From an uncultured Candidatus Saccharibacteria bacterium (GTDB lineage Bacteria; Patescibacteriota; Minisyncoccia; Phycocordibacterales; DATDWN01), in NCBI GenBank assembly GCA_964468795.1, contig CAYXWL010000001.1:96221-145586 (forward strand): a DNA stretch of 49,366 nt. Direction: 5' to 3'. Under the pieces are notes generated by a model. The model was not told the DNA's origin, did not search any database, and saw only the letters and a list, made by a program, of their open reading frames with translations. Within the stretch, counting starts at the first letter, position 1, and every line of letters begins with the position of its first letter. The position numbers and the translations under genes were made by a program. This document shows, piece by piece, positions 34,755 to 43,513 of this stretch.

Positions 34755-34954
34755 CTACAGTATTTTTAGAAACGATAAATTCTCCAGCAGAGAATTTATC
34801 TCTCTCCTTACAGGAGCAGTACACCTTTCGCAAAGTTTTGCTCAAGGTCTTGCGAAGCAATAATATTGCTTCTCACCTCGGCTTCTATTCGTCAAGGCAT
34901 GGTACCTTGACGAAACCATGCTAGAAGCCTGCGTATTTTCTAAAAATACAGTAG
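34755..34954. repeat. structured inverted-repeat element R3 (inverted homolog of 46599-46818)
   Basis: Terminal inverted repeats match 17/18 (34755-34772 vs 34937-34954). Hairpin gataaattctc-cagca-gagaatttatc. The 55-nt block 34804-34858 matches the reverse complement of 46701-46755 with 2 mismatches. Confidence 0.75.
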
Positions 34955-35043
34955 CTCAACGAAATATGCTTCAGATCCGATTTTATTAACAAAATATTGT
35001 AAAAGGAAATAAGTATGCTTTTCCTAAATTTGTTGAGTTGATA

Positions 35044-35122
35044 TTTTTTAAGAGGCTTCGCAAGGCGGGTAGCCGAGACTTGAGGAATTTTTCAGCAGAA
35101 AAATATCCGTACTCTTAAAAAA
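35044..35122. repeat. short structured inverted-repeat element R3b
   Basis: 11-bp perfect terminal inverted repeats ttttttaagag/ctcttaaaaaa. Shares gcttcgcaag with R3/R4, tgaggaattt with R1, and a CAGCAG-loop AT-rich hairpin with R3. Confidence 0.55.
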
Positions 35123-35156
35123 TAACAACGAGAAAGAATTTAGGAAAATCCTCAAG

Positions 35157-36038
35157 CTACTTTTTTAAAAGAATATTTATGGCTTTCGTAACTAAAGGCA
35201 AAATATCATTATAAAAATTAAGATCCAAAATATCCTGAAGCTTAAACCATCGAGCATCGTCTAGACCTCCCTTATCCTCTTTTACAATATCTTTAAATGG
35301 AGATTCAGCTAAATAGTAAACTACGTGTTTTTTAGTTTTTCCCTTTTCTGGGTGATAAGCGATGTATTCATTTTCTCCGAGCTTGTCTTTTAGGGTGATA
35401 TCAAGACCCATCTCTTCCTTTACGCCTCGTATTATTCCAGCCTCGATTTCTTCATCCGGTGCAATCTTGCCTTTTGAAAGAGTCCATTTGCCAAAAACAT
35501 CATGCACTAAAGCAAGGTAAATATCTTCCCCGTCTTTTGCAAAGACAACTGCTCCCCCCAAATTTTCAGTAATAACTGCGGAGTTTTTCTTTTCCTTTGT
35601 CGTATCATCCTTTCCAGGCTCACCAAGCTCTTTGTAAACTGCACCCAATACTCCGTTTACGAATTTGCTGGAAGTTTCACCTCCAAATGTCTTTGCAAGC
35701 TCGATAGCTTCATTGATAGCAACTTTAGGAGGAACTTGAGTTCTGTCTGCAAACAAAAGCTCGAACAGACCTATTCGCAAAATATTCCTGTCCATCACGC
35801 TTATCTTTTCTATTGGCCAATCAGGAGCGGCTTTTTCTATTATGTGATCAATATCTTTTTGCTTTTCAATTACGCCTTTTATGAGATTTTCCATAAAAGA
35901 AAAATCTCCATGACCTGGAGCAAATTCCTCGACATTGCGCACAAATATTTCTATAACATGATTAGAGTCGCTTCCGTTGAAATCGGATTCGAATAGAGAT
36001 TGTAAAACTATAGATCTAGAAAGGTGCCTATTTGCCAT
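35157..36038 (-). CDS. nusB: NusB antitermination factor fused to a C-terminal NUDIX hydrolase domain
   Basis: NusB-like N-terminal half (RSIVLQSLFESDF..., PPKVAINEAIELAKTFG). C-terminal Nudix box GKIAPDEEIEAGIIRGVKEEMGL. Confidence 0.8.
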   Translation of the reverse strand: MANRHLSRSIVLQSLFESDFNGSDSNHVIEIFVRNVEEFAPGHGDFSFMENLIKGVIEKQKDIDHIIEKAAPDWPIEKISVMDRNILRIGLFELLFADRTQVPPKVAINEAIELAKTFGGETSSKFVNGVLGAVYKELGEPGKDDTTKEKKNSAVITENLGGAVVFAKDGEDIYLALVHDVFGKWTLSKGKIAPDEEIEAGIIRGVKEEMGLDITLKDKLGENEYIAYHPEKGKTKKHVVYYLAESPFKDIVKEDKGGLDDARWFKLQDILDLNFYNDILPLVTKAINILLKK

Positions 36039-36096
36039 ACAACTGTATGTCTATCAGTATAGAATATTTTAAAATTGCTGTAAAAGAAATTGTGGA

Positions 36097-36321
36097 TTAT
36101 CTTCCCTCTTTCTTTCCTGCATTCTTCTTAGCCTTCTTTGCAAGCTTCGCCTGAACATCTATCACAACTCGGCCCTTGTACTGGCCTGTTACTAGAGATG
36201 CTCTGTGTCGCAAATGTCTAACGTTTGTATTTTTATCAAGAGTTACAGCTGGCTTTGCGATCTTTATATGAGATCGTGTTCGGTTTCGCTGGCTCTTTGT
36301 GTGTCGCATTCGTACAACCAT
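36097..36321 (-). CDS. rpmF: 50S ribosomal protein L32 with K-rich C-terminal extension
   Basis: RHTKSQRNRTRSH and NVRHLRHRASLVTGQYKGRVV align with E. coli L32 (PTRSKRGMRRSH...[20 protein letters not shown]). Confidence 0.8.
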   Translation of the reverse strand: MVVRMRHTKSQRNRTRSHIKIAKPAVTLDKNTNVRHLRHRASLVTGQYKGRVVIDVQAKLAKKAKKNAGKKEGR

Positions 36322-36374
36322 AATGAAGATACATTACATTAAAAGTCCCGAAAAATCAAATTTAAAAAAAGTGA

Positions 36375-36399
36375 ACCCCGACTGTTCTTTAGTCGGGGT
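36375..36399 (-). terminator. intrinsic terminator after the GC-rich NUDIX gene
   Basis: accccgact-gttcttt-agtcggggt: 9-bp stem. Confidence 0.55.
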
Positions 36400-36407
36400 C
36401 AGAGTGG

Positions 36408-36893
36408 TCATGCGACCATGTACAGAGATCTGAGGTGACGAATCGAGTTCACCAGAGCCCCTCGATGGGTTTTCATCAGCTGTCCCAACCCTCTCGGATG
36501 GTCCAAGCTGAAACTGAGCTGAGAGAGAGGCATCCAGAACGGGGGGAAAAGAATATCCTCATTATCCCGGATAACCTCTGTGCGAAGTTTCCCCTCTAAG
36601 TCAGAAAAGGCAACGAGATAAAAGTAGTGGTAATGGTTATCTCCGCTGAACCGGCTATACACCAGAAGAGGGTTAAGATCTATGCCCTGCTTCGGTTTAA
36701 GACCAGTTTCCTCTTTCAGTTCTCTCAGTGCGGTAAATGCTGGAGATGTCTCTCCGCTCTCTGCACTGCCACCAGGAAATCCATTCAGAATTTCGCCGGT
36801 GTAAAATTCTGTAACCCTACACTTGCCCTGTATAAGTACTGACAGGGCGCCGTTCTCTTCTTTCCAAACGACAATCCCTGCTGAATAAGACAT
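36408..36893 (-). CDS. GC-rich NUDIX hydrolase (unit H)
   Basis: Nudix box GGSAESGETSPAFTALRELKEETGL. GGAGG SD. Confidence 0.75.
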   Translation of the reverse strand: MSYSAGIVVWKEENGALSVLIQGKCRVTEFYTGEILNGFPGGSAESGETSPAFTALRELKEETGLKPKQGIDLNPLLVYSRFSGDNHYHYFYLVAFSDLEGKLRTEVIRDNEDILFPPFWMPLSQLSFSLDHPRGLGQLMKTHRGALVNSIRHLRSLYMVA

Positions 36894-36932
36894 TACGTCC
36901 CTCCATTAGCCAAAATAACACATTAAATATTA

Positions 36933-37535
36933 TTAGTCAATAAGGTTCTTGCAAAATGATACCCTATGAAAATCACAGATTCCATGCTTATTTATAGCCA
37001 TTCTGTGCGATAAAGTTCCGTAGCCTTTATTTATGTGGAAGTTGTAGGGCAAGTATTTTGCATGAGACTTCCTCATTATTTTGTCCCTCGAAACCTTTGC
37101 CAAAATAGATGCCCAAGCAATAATTTTCTCCTTCTCGTCGCCTTTGATTATTGTCTTTTGATTCTTGAAATTACTCGGAGCCTTGAGTCCCCCATCGAGG
37201 AGTATTCTAGGCTGGTCATTAACATTTAGCGACTTTAAATTTTTTTCAATAGCAAATTTTATTGCATGTGATATTCCCTTCTGGTCTATTATCTTGTTGG
37301 AGATATGTGTTATGGCGTAAAAAAATTTGTTTCCATTTTTGAGGGATTTCAAAATTTTTGAATATTCTTCTCTTTCTTTTTCACTGAGCTTCTTGCTGTC
37401 CTTGCCGGATCTGGGCAAAAGCTTAGATTTTTTAAGTTTTTGGTATTGCTTCTCTTCGCAAAACACGGCACAAACAGTAACAGGCCCAGCAAGCGGTCCT
37501 CTTCCCACTTCATCTATGCCAATAATCATTTTCAT
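36933..37535 (-). CDS. rnhB: ribonuclease HII
   Basis: IIGIDEVGRGPLAGPV signature. Start at MKMIIGIDE with TGaTATCAT 7 nt upstream. Confidence 0.88.
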   Translation of the reverse strand: MKMIIGIDEVGRGPLAGPVTVCAVFCEEKQYQKLKKSKLLPRSGKDSKKLSEKEREEYSKILKSLKNGNKFFYAITHISNKIIDQKGISHAIKFAIEKNLKSLNVNDQPRILLDGGLKAPSNFKNQKTIIKGDEKEKIIAWASILAKVSRDKIMRKSHAKYLPYNFHINKGYGTLSHRMAINKHGICDFHRVSFCKNLID

Positions 37536-37613
37536 TAGGCAAATGATATCACGACAGAGGCCTCTGCAAGGAGTGTTCTGGGACAATTTGTCTGTGATAT
37601 AATGACCCGACAT

Positions 37614-40600
37614 ATGAGCGATTCCAAATTTGTCCATCTCCATACTCACTCTCACTACTCCCTTCTAAACGCCCTGCCAAAGATTCCTGACTTGGTCAAA
37701 AAAGCCAAAGATGATGGCATGACCGCACTTGCACTCACTGACAATTGCAATCTATACGGAGCCATAGAGTTCTACCAAGTCTGCAAGAAAAAAGAGATAA
37801 AGCCTATAATCGGAATTGATGCATATGTGGCATATAGATCGAGGTTCGACAAGCAGTCTGGAATAGACAAGGAGAGGTACAGGCTGGTTCTGCTGGCAAA
37901 AAACGACACGGGCTACAAAAACCTGATCAAGCTTGTAACTCTGGCACACCTTGAAGGCTTTTATTACAAGCCGAGGATAGATCGCGAACTGTTGGAACAG
38001 TACCACGATGGAATTATTGCAATCGCTCCGTCATTTTCAAGCGACCTCGTGCAATCAATAAAGCTAGCCAACAAAGAACAGGCGGAAGAAAGGCTCGATT
38101 TTTATAAAAAAGTTTTCAAAGATACCGAAGATGGTCCAAATTTTTACATGGAACTTACTCATCATCCTGAAATCAAGGGTCATGAGGAAATAATGGAAAA
38201 GATAGCTCAGTTTGCAAAATCGCATAACGTACCGCTCGTTGCTGCGCATGATGTTTACTACATATCCGAAGACGACAGGGCGGCACGACAGACGCTACTT
38301 GCTGTGCAGTCAATGAATGATGAAAAAATCGAGGTCAAGGACGAAGACTTTTCTTTCATTGATCAGAAAAAAGCTGAAAAAATTTTCAAGAATAATCCAG
38401 AGGCAATTGAAAACACAGTCAAAATTGCCGAGAGGTGCAACCTCGAGATTTCAATTGGAAAGTGGTTTTTGCCAAACTATATTGTAGAGAGCGGACTTAC
38501 ATACGATGAGGAGCTTCGAAAAATGGCATTTGCCGGATTTAAAAAAAGAAACTTAGAAGAAACTCCGCAATACATTGAAAGGCTCGAATACGAGCTAAAG
38601 GTCATCAGCGACAAGGGCTATTCACCTTATTTTCTAGTAGTGTCAGACCTTTTGAACTACGCCCATGACAATGGAATTCTTACAAACATCAGAGGCTCGG
38701 TTGCTGGATCTTTGACTACCTATCTTACAGGCATTACAAATGTAGACCCAATCGAATACAATTTGCCTTTCGAACGATTTCTAAACCCTCACAGGCCATC
38801 GGCTCCCGATATCGACATGGACTATGCCGATAACAGACGTGACGAGGTTATTGATTATGCAAGAAGAAAATACGGCGTAGACAAAGTAGCCCAGATTGGT
38901 ACTTTCGGTACGATGGCTGCTCGAGGCAGTGTTCGAGATGTAACCCGAGCCCTAGGTTTTCCATACAGCCTAGGAGACTCTATTGCAAAGCAGATACCGA
39001 TGGGAGCACAAGGTTTCCCCATGACCATAGAAAGAGCTCTGAAGGAAAATCCTGATCTAAAATCTATGTACAACAGCGAAAAGGATGTAAAAACTATCCT
39101 AGACATGGCCCAAAAGATCGAAGGTTGTGCGCGGCATATCTCTGTGCACGCTGCCGGAGTGGTTATTGCCCCAACTCCGCTCACAGATTTTGTTCCCCTT
39201 CAGTACGATACTAAAGGCGACAATAAAATCATTACTCAATACGATATGCATGCCGTTGGCGAGGACGGCGTGGGACTTTTGAAATTCGACTTTCTTGGAA
39301 TTAGAAACCTTTCAATACTTGCCGATGCTGTAAAAATTGCGAAAAAAGTTGAAGGTGTTGATATTGATATTGAAAATATTCCGGTTGATGACAAAAAAAC
39401 TTTCCAAATGCTAGCCAGAGGAGAAACTATAGGACTTTTCCAGCTTAATGGCGACGGAATGACGCGTGCCCTGAAGGATCTGAAGCCTACAACAATACAC
39501 GATATCAACGTTATGGTGGCTCTTTACCGACCGGGACCGATGGACAACATCACGGAGTACATAGAAAGAAAGCATGGAAAAAAACCTGTGACATACATGC
39601 ATCCAAAAATGAAAAACTTTCTCGACCGAACATTTGGAGTGCTGGTTTATCAGGACGATCTCCTCATGACTGCTATTGAAGTTGCAGGTTACGACTGGGG
39701 CGAAGTTGATAAATTCCGAAAGGCCGTCGGAAAGAAAATCCCAGAAGAAATGAAAAAACAGCATGTGAAGTTCGTAGAAGGATGCATAAAGCATGGTGGA
39801 ATGACAGAGAAAAAAGCCGAGGACTTGTGGAAGCTCTTTGAACCTTTCCAGGGTTACGGCTTTAACAAAGCCCATGCTGCAAGCTATGGACGAGTGGCGT
39901 ATCAAACCGCGTACATGAAAGCAAACTTCCCTGCCATATACATGTCTGCAGTGCTTACGGCCGAGTCCGGAGACACCGACATGATTGCCGAGATAATCAA
40001 CGAATGTAAAAGAATGCAGATACCTGTTCTGCCTCCTGACGTCAATCAGTCATACGAAGGATTCTCTGTAGTCAAAGCTCAAGGAGGAACAGAAGAGAGC
40101 AAGGCTTTGCGAGGAAATGCCGAAGTTGAAAAAGATTCTATCAGGTTTGGTCTAACTACCATCAAGAACTTCGGGGAAAGCGTAGCTACGACAATTATAG
40201 AAGAGAGAAAAGCAAACGGGCCATTTACTTCCCTTTCAAACTTCTTGAGCAGAATAAAAGACAAAAATTTGAACAAAAAATCTCTGGAAGCTTTGATAAA
40301 AACTGGGGCTTTGGATTCGCTAGCAAAAGAAAATGAAAAAGAAAATTATAGGCACACTTTGCTAAACAATCTAGACAGACTTTTGGCTTTTCACAAAGAA
40401 GAGACTGCAAAAACGGACGATCAGGATTCGCTTTTCACATTTATGCCAACATCAAACGATGTGGTAGAAATTTCTCTAGAAAAAACAGTTAGCGGAAATC
40501 CAATGGATTACCTCATGTGGGAAAAGGAACTGCTAGGACTTTATATTTCCGGACATCCGCTAGATGCCTACAAAGAAAAACTAGAAAACAAAAGCGCGAA

Positions 40601-40880
40601 TATAAAAAAGATAAAAGAAACAAGCAAAGAAAAAGCTACAGTAGTTTTTGCCGGAATAATTGACGAGGTTCGTCCTACAATGACAAAAAAGGGCGACAGG
40701 ATGGTTTTCCTAAAAATATCGGACCTTTCTGACACAATAGACGCTGTTGCTTTTCCAAAAGTTTTGGAAGAGTTTCAAGATGTCATAATCCCTGAAAACT
40801 GTGTAGTAATAAAAGGAAGCTTCTCAATAAAAAACGGTGAGAAATCCGTGCTTGTAGACAAAGTTAAAATTTTGGAATAG
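37614..40880 (+). CDS. dnaE: DNA polymerase III alpha subunit (DnaE)
   Basis: PHP motif FVHLHTHSHYSLL, PDIDMDY, and an OB fold near the C-terminus. The ORF-track start at 37602 overlaps TATAAT (37598-37603), so ATG 37614 is preferred. Confidence 0.93.
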   Translation: MSDSKFVHLHTHSHYSLLNALPKIPDLVKKAKDDGMTALALTDNCNLYGAIEFYQVCKKKEIKPIIGIDAYVAYRSRFDKQSGIDKERYRLVLLAKNDTGYKNLIKLVTLAHLEGFYYKPRIDRELLEQYHDGIIAIAPSFSSDLVQSIKLANKEQAEERLDFYKKVFKDTEDGPNFYMELTHHPEIKGHEEIMEKIAQFAKSHNVPLVAAHDVYYISEDDRAARQTLLAVQSMNDEKIEVKDEDFSFIDQKKAEKIFKNNPEAIENTVKIAERCNLEISIGKWFLPNYIVESGLTYDEELRKMAFAGFKKRNLEETPQYIERLEYELKVISDKGYSPYFLVVSDLLNYAHDNGILTNIRGSVAGSLTTYLTGITNVDPIEYNLPFERFLNPHRPSAPDIDMDYADNRRDEVIDYARRKYGVDKVAQIGTFGTMAARGSVRDVTRALGFPYSLGDSIAKQIPMGAQGFPMTIERALKENPDLKSMYNSEKDVKTILDMAQKIEGCARHISVHAAGVVIAPTPLTDFVPLQYDTKGDNKIITQYDMHAVGEDGVGLLKFDFLGIRNLSILADAVKIAKKVEGVDIDIENIPVDDKKTFQMLARGETIGLFQLNGDGMTRALKDLKPTTIHDINVMVALYRPGPMDNITEYIERKHGKKPVTYMHPKMKNFLDRTFGVLVYQDDLLMTAIEVAGYDWGEVDKFRKAVGKKIPEEMKKQHVKFVEGCIKHGGMTEKKAEDLWKLFEPFQGYGFNKAHAASYGRVAYQTAYMKANFPAIYMSAVLTAESGDTDMIAEIINECKRMQIPVLPPDVNQSYEGFSVVKAQGGTEESKALRGNAEVEKDSIRFGLTTIKNFGESVATTIIEERKANGPFTSLSNFLSRIKDKNLNKKSLEALIKTGALDSLAKENEKENYRHTLLNNLDRLLAFHKEETAKTDDQDSLFTFMPTSNDVVEISLEKTVSGNPMDYLMWEKELLGLYISGHPLDAYKEKLENKSANIKKIKETSKEKATVVFAGIIDEVRPTMTKKGDRMVFLKISDLSDTIDAVAFPKVLEEFQDVIIPENCVVIKGSFSIKNGEKSVLVDKVKILE

Positions 40881-40885
40881 AAAGA

Positions 40886-40912
40886 GGCCGCCGTGCATAT
40901 TGCACGACGGCC
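40886..40912. terminator. hairpin between convergent dnaE and unit I
   Basis: ggccgccgtgca-tat-tgcacgacggcc: 12-bp stem with 1 mismatch. Confidence 0.55.
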
Positions 40913-40921
40913 GTTGGAACT

Positions 40922-41206
40922 CTAAGCGTATGTGAGAACGCGGAGGGGATGCCTGAGTTTCTCCGACTCGAGAATGGCATCAAGCTGCCTTTCTTCGATC
41001 TCGAGCACGTCCTGCATGCCATTCAGCCGATCCTTCCACCTAGAGAGCTCGACGCGATCAGTCTGTTGCATTGAGCTCATGCGGAGCTTGAAGCTCGGCA
41101 GATTATCTGCGGTCCTGTACCGCAATTCCATCTCCTTGTCCCATTCCGTATATTTCCGGAGCTCTTCGATGAAATTGAAGAGTCCCCGGATTGCTGTCTC
41201 GACCAT
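40922..41206 (-). CDS. GC-rich hypothetical helical protein (unit I)
   Basis: Start at MVETAIRGL with GGAGG SD. No family recognised. Confidence 0.5.
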   Translation of the reverse strand: MVETAIRGLFNFIEELRKYTEWDKEMELRYRTADNLPSFKLRMSSMQQTDRVELSRWKDRLNGMQDVLEIEERQLDAILESEKLRHPLRVLTYA

Positions 41207-41222
41207 TGTGCCTCCGCAGAAG

Positions 41223-41251
41223 ATAATGACTTGTTTTTTAAAATATGTCAA
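41223..41251 (-). promoter_or_regulatory. sigma70-type promoter for unit I (TTGACA-17-CATTAT)
   Basis: Reverse complement reads TTGACAtattttaaaaaacaagtCATTAT. Confidence 0.45.
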
Positions 41252-41293
41252 ATAAGTTTAAAACATTTTAATATATGATATGCTGTATTTACT

Positions 41294-42550
41294 ATGGCAG
41301 AAGAAAATAAAAACGAATTGGGAATGAGCGAGCGGGATCACCGAGTTATTGGGAAAGAGTTGGATCTATTTACTTTTTCCGATACTGTCGGAAAAGGTCT
41401 CCCTCTCTATACAGAAAAAGGCACAGCTATAAGGCGAGAGCTTGAAAGATTCATAATAGATGAGGAAATCAAGCGAGGTTACAGACATGTGACAACTCCA
41501 GATATTGCAAAACTCGATCTCTACAAGAAGTCAGGACATTATCCGTACTACAAGGATTCTATGTATGCGCCTATCGTTATCGACGACGAAGAGTTCATGC
41601 TAAGGCCTATGACATGCCCTCATCATTTTGAGCTATACCTTTCAAAGCCTCGAAGCTACAGAGAGCTACCAATGAGAATTGCTGAACTTGCAAAGCTTTA
41701 CAGATATGAAAACTCTGGAAACCTTGCCGGACTTGTACGAGTGCGATCATTTTGCCTAGCAGACAGTCATATTATCTGTGCAGACAAAGATCAAGCCAAA
41801 CAAGAGGTAAAACAAGCCCTCAAACTTATCGAAGATGTTGCAGAAGTATTCGGATTAAAGAAAGGAGAAGATTTTTGGTACAGACTATCCCTTGGAGACA
41901 GAGCTGATGATAAAAAATATTACAAAGATGACTCTGCATGGGATGAAGCTGAGGGAGTATTGCGAGAAGTGTTGCATAACCAAGATGTAAAGTTTTACGA
42001 AGCTGAAAATGAAGCTGCGTTCTATGGTCCAAAGATAGACATTCAGATGAAAGATGTTCGAGGCGTTGAAAATACAGCTTTTACAGTTCAGTACGACTTT
42101 GTAATGCCAAAGAGATTTAACCTTGTATACACTGGAAATGACGGAACTGAAAAATTAGCAACAGTAATACACCGATCATCTATTGGTGCGATAGAAAGAA
42201 TAATGGCTTTCCTTATCGAAAAGTACGAGGGAGCATTCCCTCTATGGCTCTCACCTATTCAGGTAAAAGTCATTCCTGTTAGGGACTCGCACAACGAGTA
42301 TGCAAAGCAAGTTGCAGACTTTCTCATCGAAAATAAAATCAGAGTTGATTTCGACAACGCAGAAGAAAATTTAGGCTCAAAGGTAAGAGATGCAAAAGTA
42401 AATAAAATCCCTTACTGGATTGTAATAGGAGATAAAGAAATTGAAGCAGGAAAAGTGACTCTTGAATCCAGAGACAATGGCCAGCTTGGACAAATGACTA
42501 AGGAGGAAGCTCTGGAAAAACTTCTAAAAGAAATTAGGGAGAGAAAATAA
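41294..42550 (+). CDS. thrS: threonine--tRNA ligase, catalytic plus anticodon-binding domains only (no TGS or editing domain)
   Basis: Class II core (MLRPMTCPHHFELY, RVRSFCLADSHI, HRSSIGAIERI) and a C-terminal anticodon-binding domain. 418 aa versus the usual bacterial length of about 640. Confidence 0.85.
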   Translation: MAEENKNELGMSERDHRVIGKELDLFTFSDTVGKGLPLYTEKGTAIRRELERFIIDEEIKRGYRHVTTPDIAKLDLYKKSGHYPYYKDSMYAPIVIDDEEFMLRPMTCPHHFELYLSKPRSYRELPMRIAELAKLYRYENSGNLAGLVRVRSFCLADSHIICADKDQAKQEVKQALKLIEDVAEVFGLKKGEDFWYRLSLGDRADDKKYYKDDSAWDEAEGVLREVLHNQDVKFYEAENEAAFYGPKIDIQMKDVRGVENTAFTVQYDFVMPKRFNLVYTGNDGTEKLATVIHRSSIGAIERIMAFLIEKYEGAFPLWLSPIQVKVIPVRDSHNEYAKQVADFLIENKIRVDFDNAEENLGSKVRDAKVNKIPYWIVIGDKEIEAGKVTLESRDNGQLGQMTKEEALEKLLKEIRERK

Positions 42551-42551
42551 T

Positions 42552-42830
42552 TTGAAAAAGTTATATAGAAGCAATAAAAATATTGTGATAGCCGGAGTGC
42601 TTGGAGGCCTTGGTGAATACACGGATACAGATCCTACAATTTGGAGATTGGGCTTCGTTATACTCTCATTTATGTCTCATTTATTGCCCGCCGTAATCGT
42701 TTATATTATCGCCTGCATAGTCATCCCAAAAAATCCATCTCACGTTCATACCGCACACCATAATTCCCATTCACACGATTCAGAAAAAGAAAAAGCAAAA
42801 GAGGCAGAATATAAAGAGGAAAAGAAGTAA
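42552..42830 (+). CDS. PspC-domain membrane protein
   Basis: LYRSNKNIVIAGVLGGLGEYTDTDPTIWRLGFVIL matches the PspC pattern. TTG start. Confidence 0.7.
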   Translation: MKKLYRSNKNIVIAGVLGGLGEYTDTDPTIWRLGFVILSFMSHLLPAVIVYIIACIVIPKNPSHVHTAHHNSHSHDSEKEKAKEAEYKEEKK

Positions 42831-42860
42831 ATAAAAAGAGTCCAGATTGTCGGGCTCTTT

Positions 42861-43355
42861 TTATTTTATATTTTCTAAATAATTATTTATTTCCTTAAAA
42901 GAATGGAAGTAGACCACTTTGTGAATATAAGTCCTTACGAGCTCCTTTGTTGTTTCTTTGTCAGAGTTATATTTTATGTTGTATTTCTTTTTCGTTAAAT
43001 GCAACAAAAGTTCAAATGTATGCCATATATTATCCTTTCTTTTGTACGATCGTTTTATAATATGAAAATACTGAATGAAAGCATTACGAAATTTGAAATA
43101 AAATATTACATCAGCCTTAGCAAGACCACCCCTCATTAAATGCCGTGTAGAGCCTTCTACTATCCAAGTATCGAGGTCATATATTTTATTTACGTCTTTG
43201 ATACTTTGTCCTTTATCATTTGGTTCCGAATATTTAGTTTTCCAAAAAAAATCATCGGTCTCATAATGTGGTATCCCAAGTTTCTTCGATAATTCTTGAG
43301 CAAAAGTAGTTTTTCCGCGTCCCGAATCTCCAATAATTAGAATTCTCTTATACAT
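42861..43355 (-). CDS. P-loop NTPase, adenylate-kinase-like / topology-modulation (FlaR-like) family
   Basis: ILIIGDSGRGKTTFAQELSKKLGIPHYETDDFFW. Start at MYKRILIIG. Confidence 0.65.
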   Translation of the reverse strand: MYKRILIIGDSGRGKTTFAQELSKKLGIPHYETDDFFWKTKYSEPNDKGQSIKDVNKIYDLDTWIVEGSTRHLMRGGLAKADVIFYFKFRNAFIQYFHIIKRSYKRKDNIWHTFELLLHLTKKKYNIKYNSDKETTKELVRTYIHKVVYFHSFKEINNYLENIK

Positions 43356-43384
43356 ATTTACAATAATATCAACAATTAGCACAA

Positions 43385-43513
43385 ATTAGAATCTCCAGAT
43401 CTGGATGCAGTTCTAGGAAGATAAGAAAAATACCGCAAGCCTTATAAGTATAAGGTGAGCGGTATTTTTCGAAGTCTGACAACGAAATGCACCAGAGGGG
43501 TGGAGATTCTAAT
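43385..43513. repeat. structured inverted-repeat element R5 (same subfamily as 4862-4983)
   Basis: 13-bp perfect terminal inverted repeats attagaatctcca/tggagattctaat. 11-bp stem aaaaataccgc/gcggtattttt. Apex gccttat-aagt-ataaggtga. The right arm covers the gyrB stop (43509-43511). Confidence 0.7.

Noticed and set aside
34804-34858. R3/R4 similarity as a diversity-generating-retroelement TR/VR pair
   Set aside because: No reverse transcriptase lies nearby. Neither copy lies in a coding region. The mismatches are not adenine-specific.
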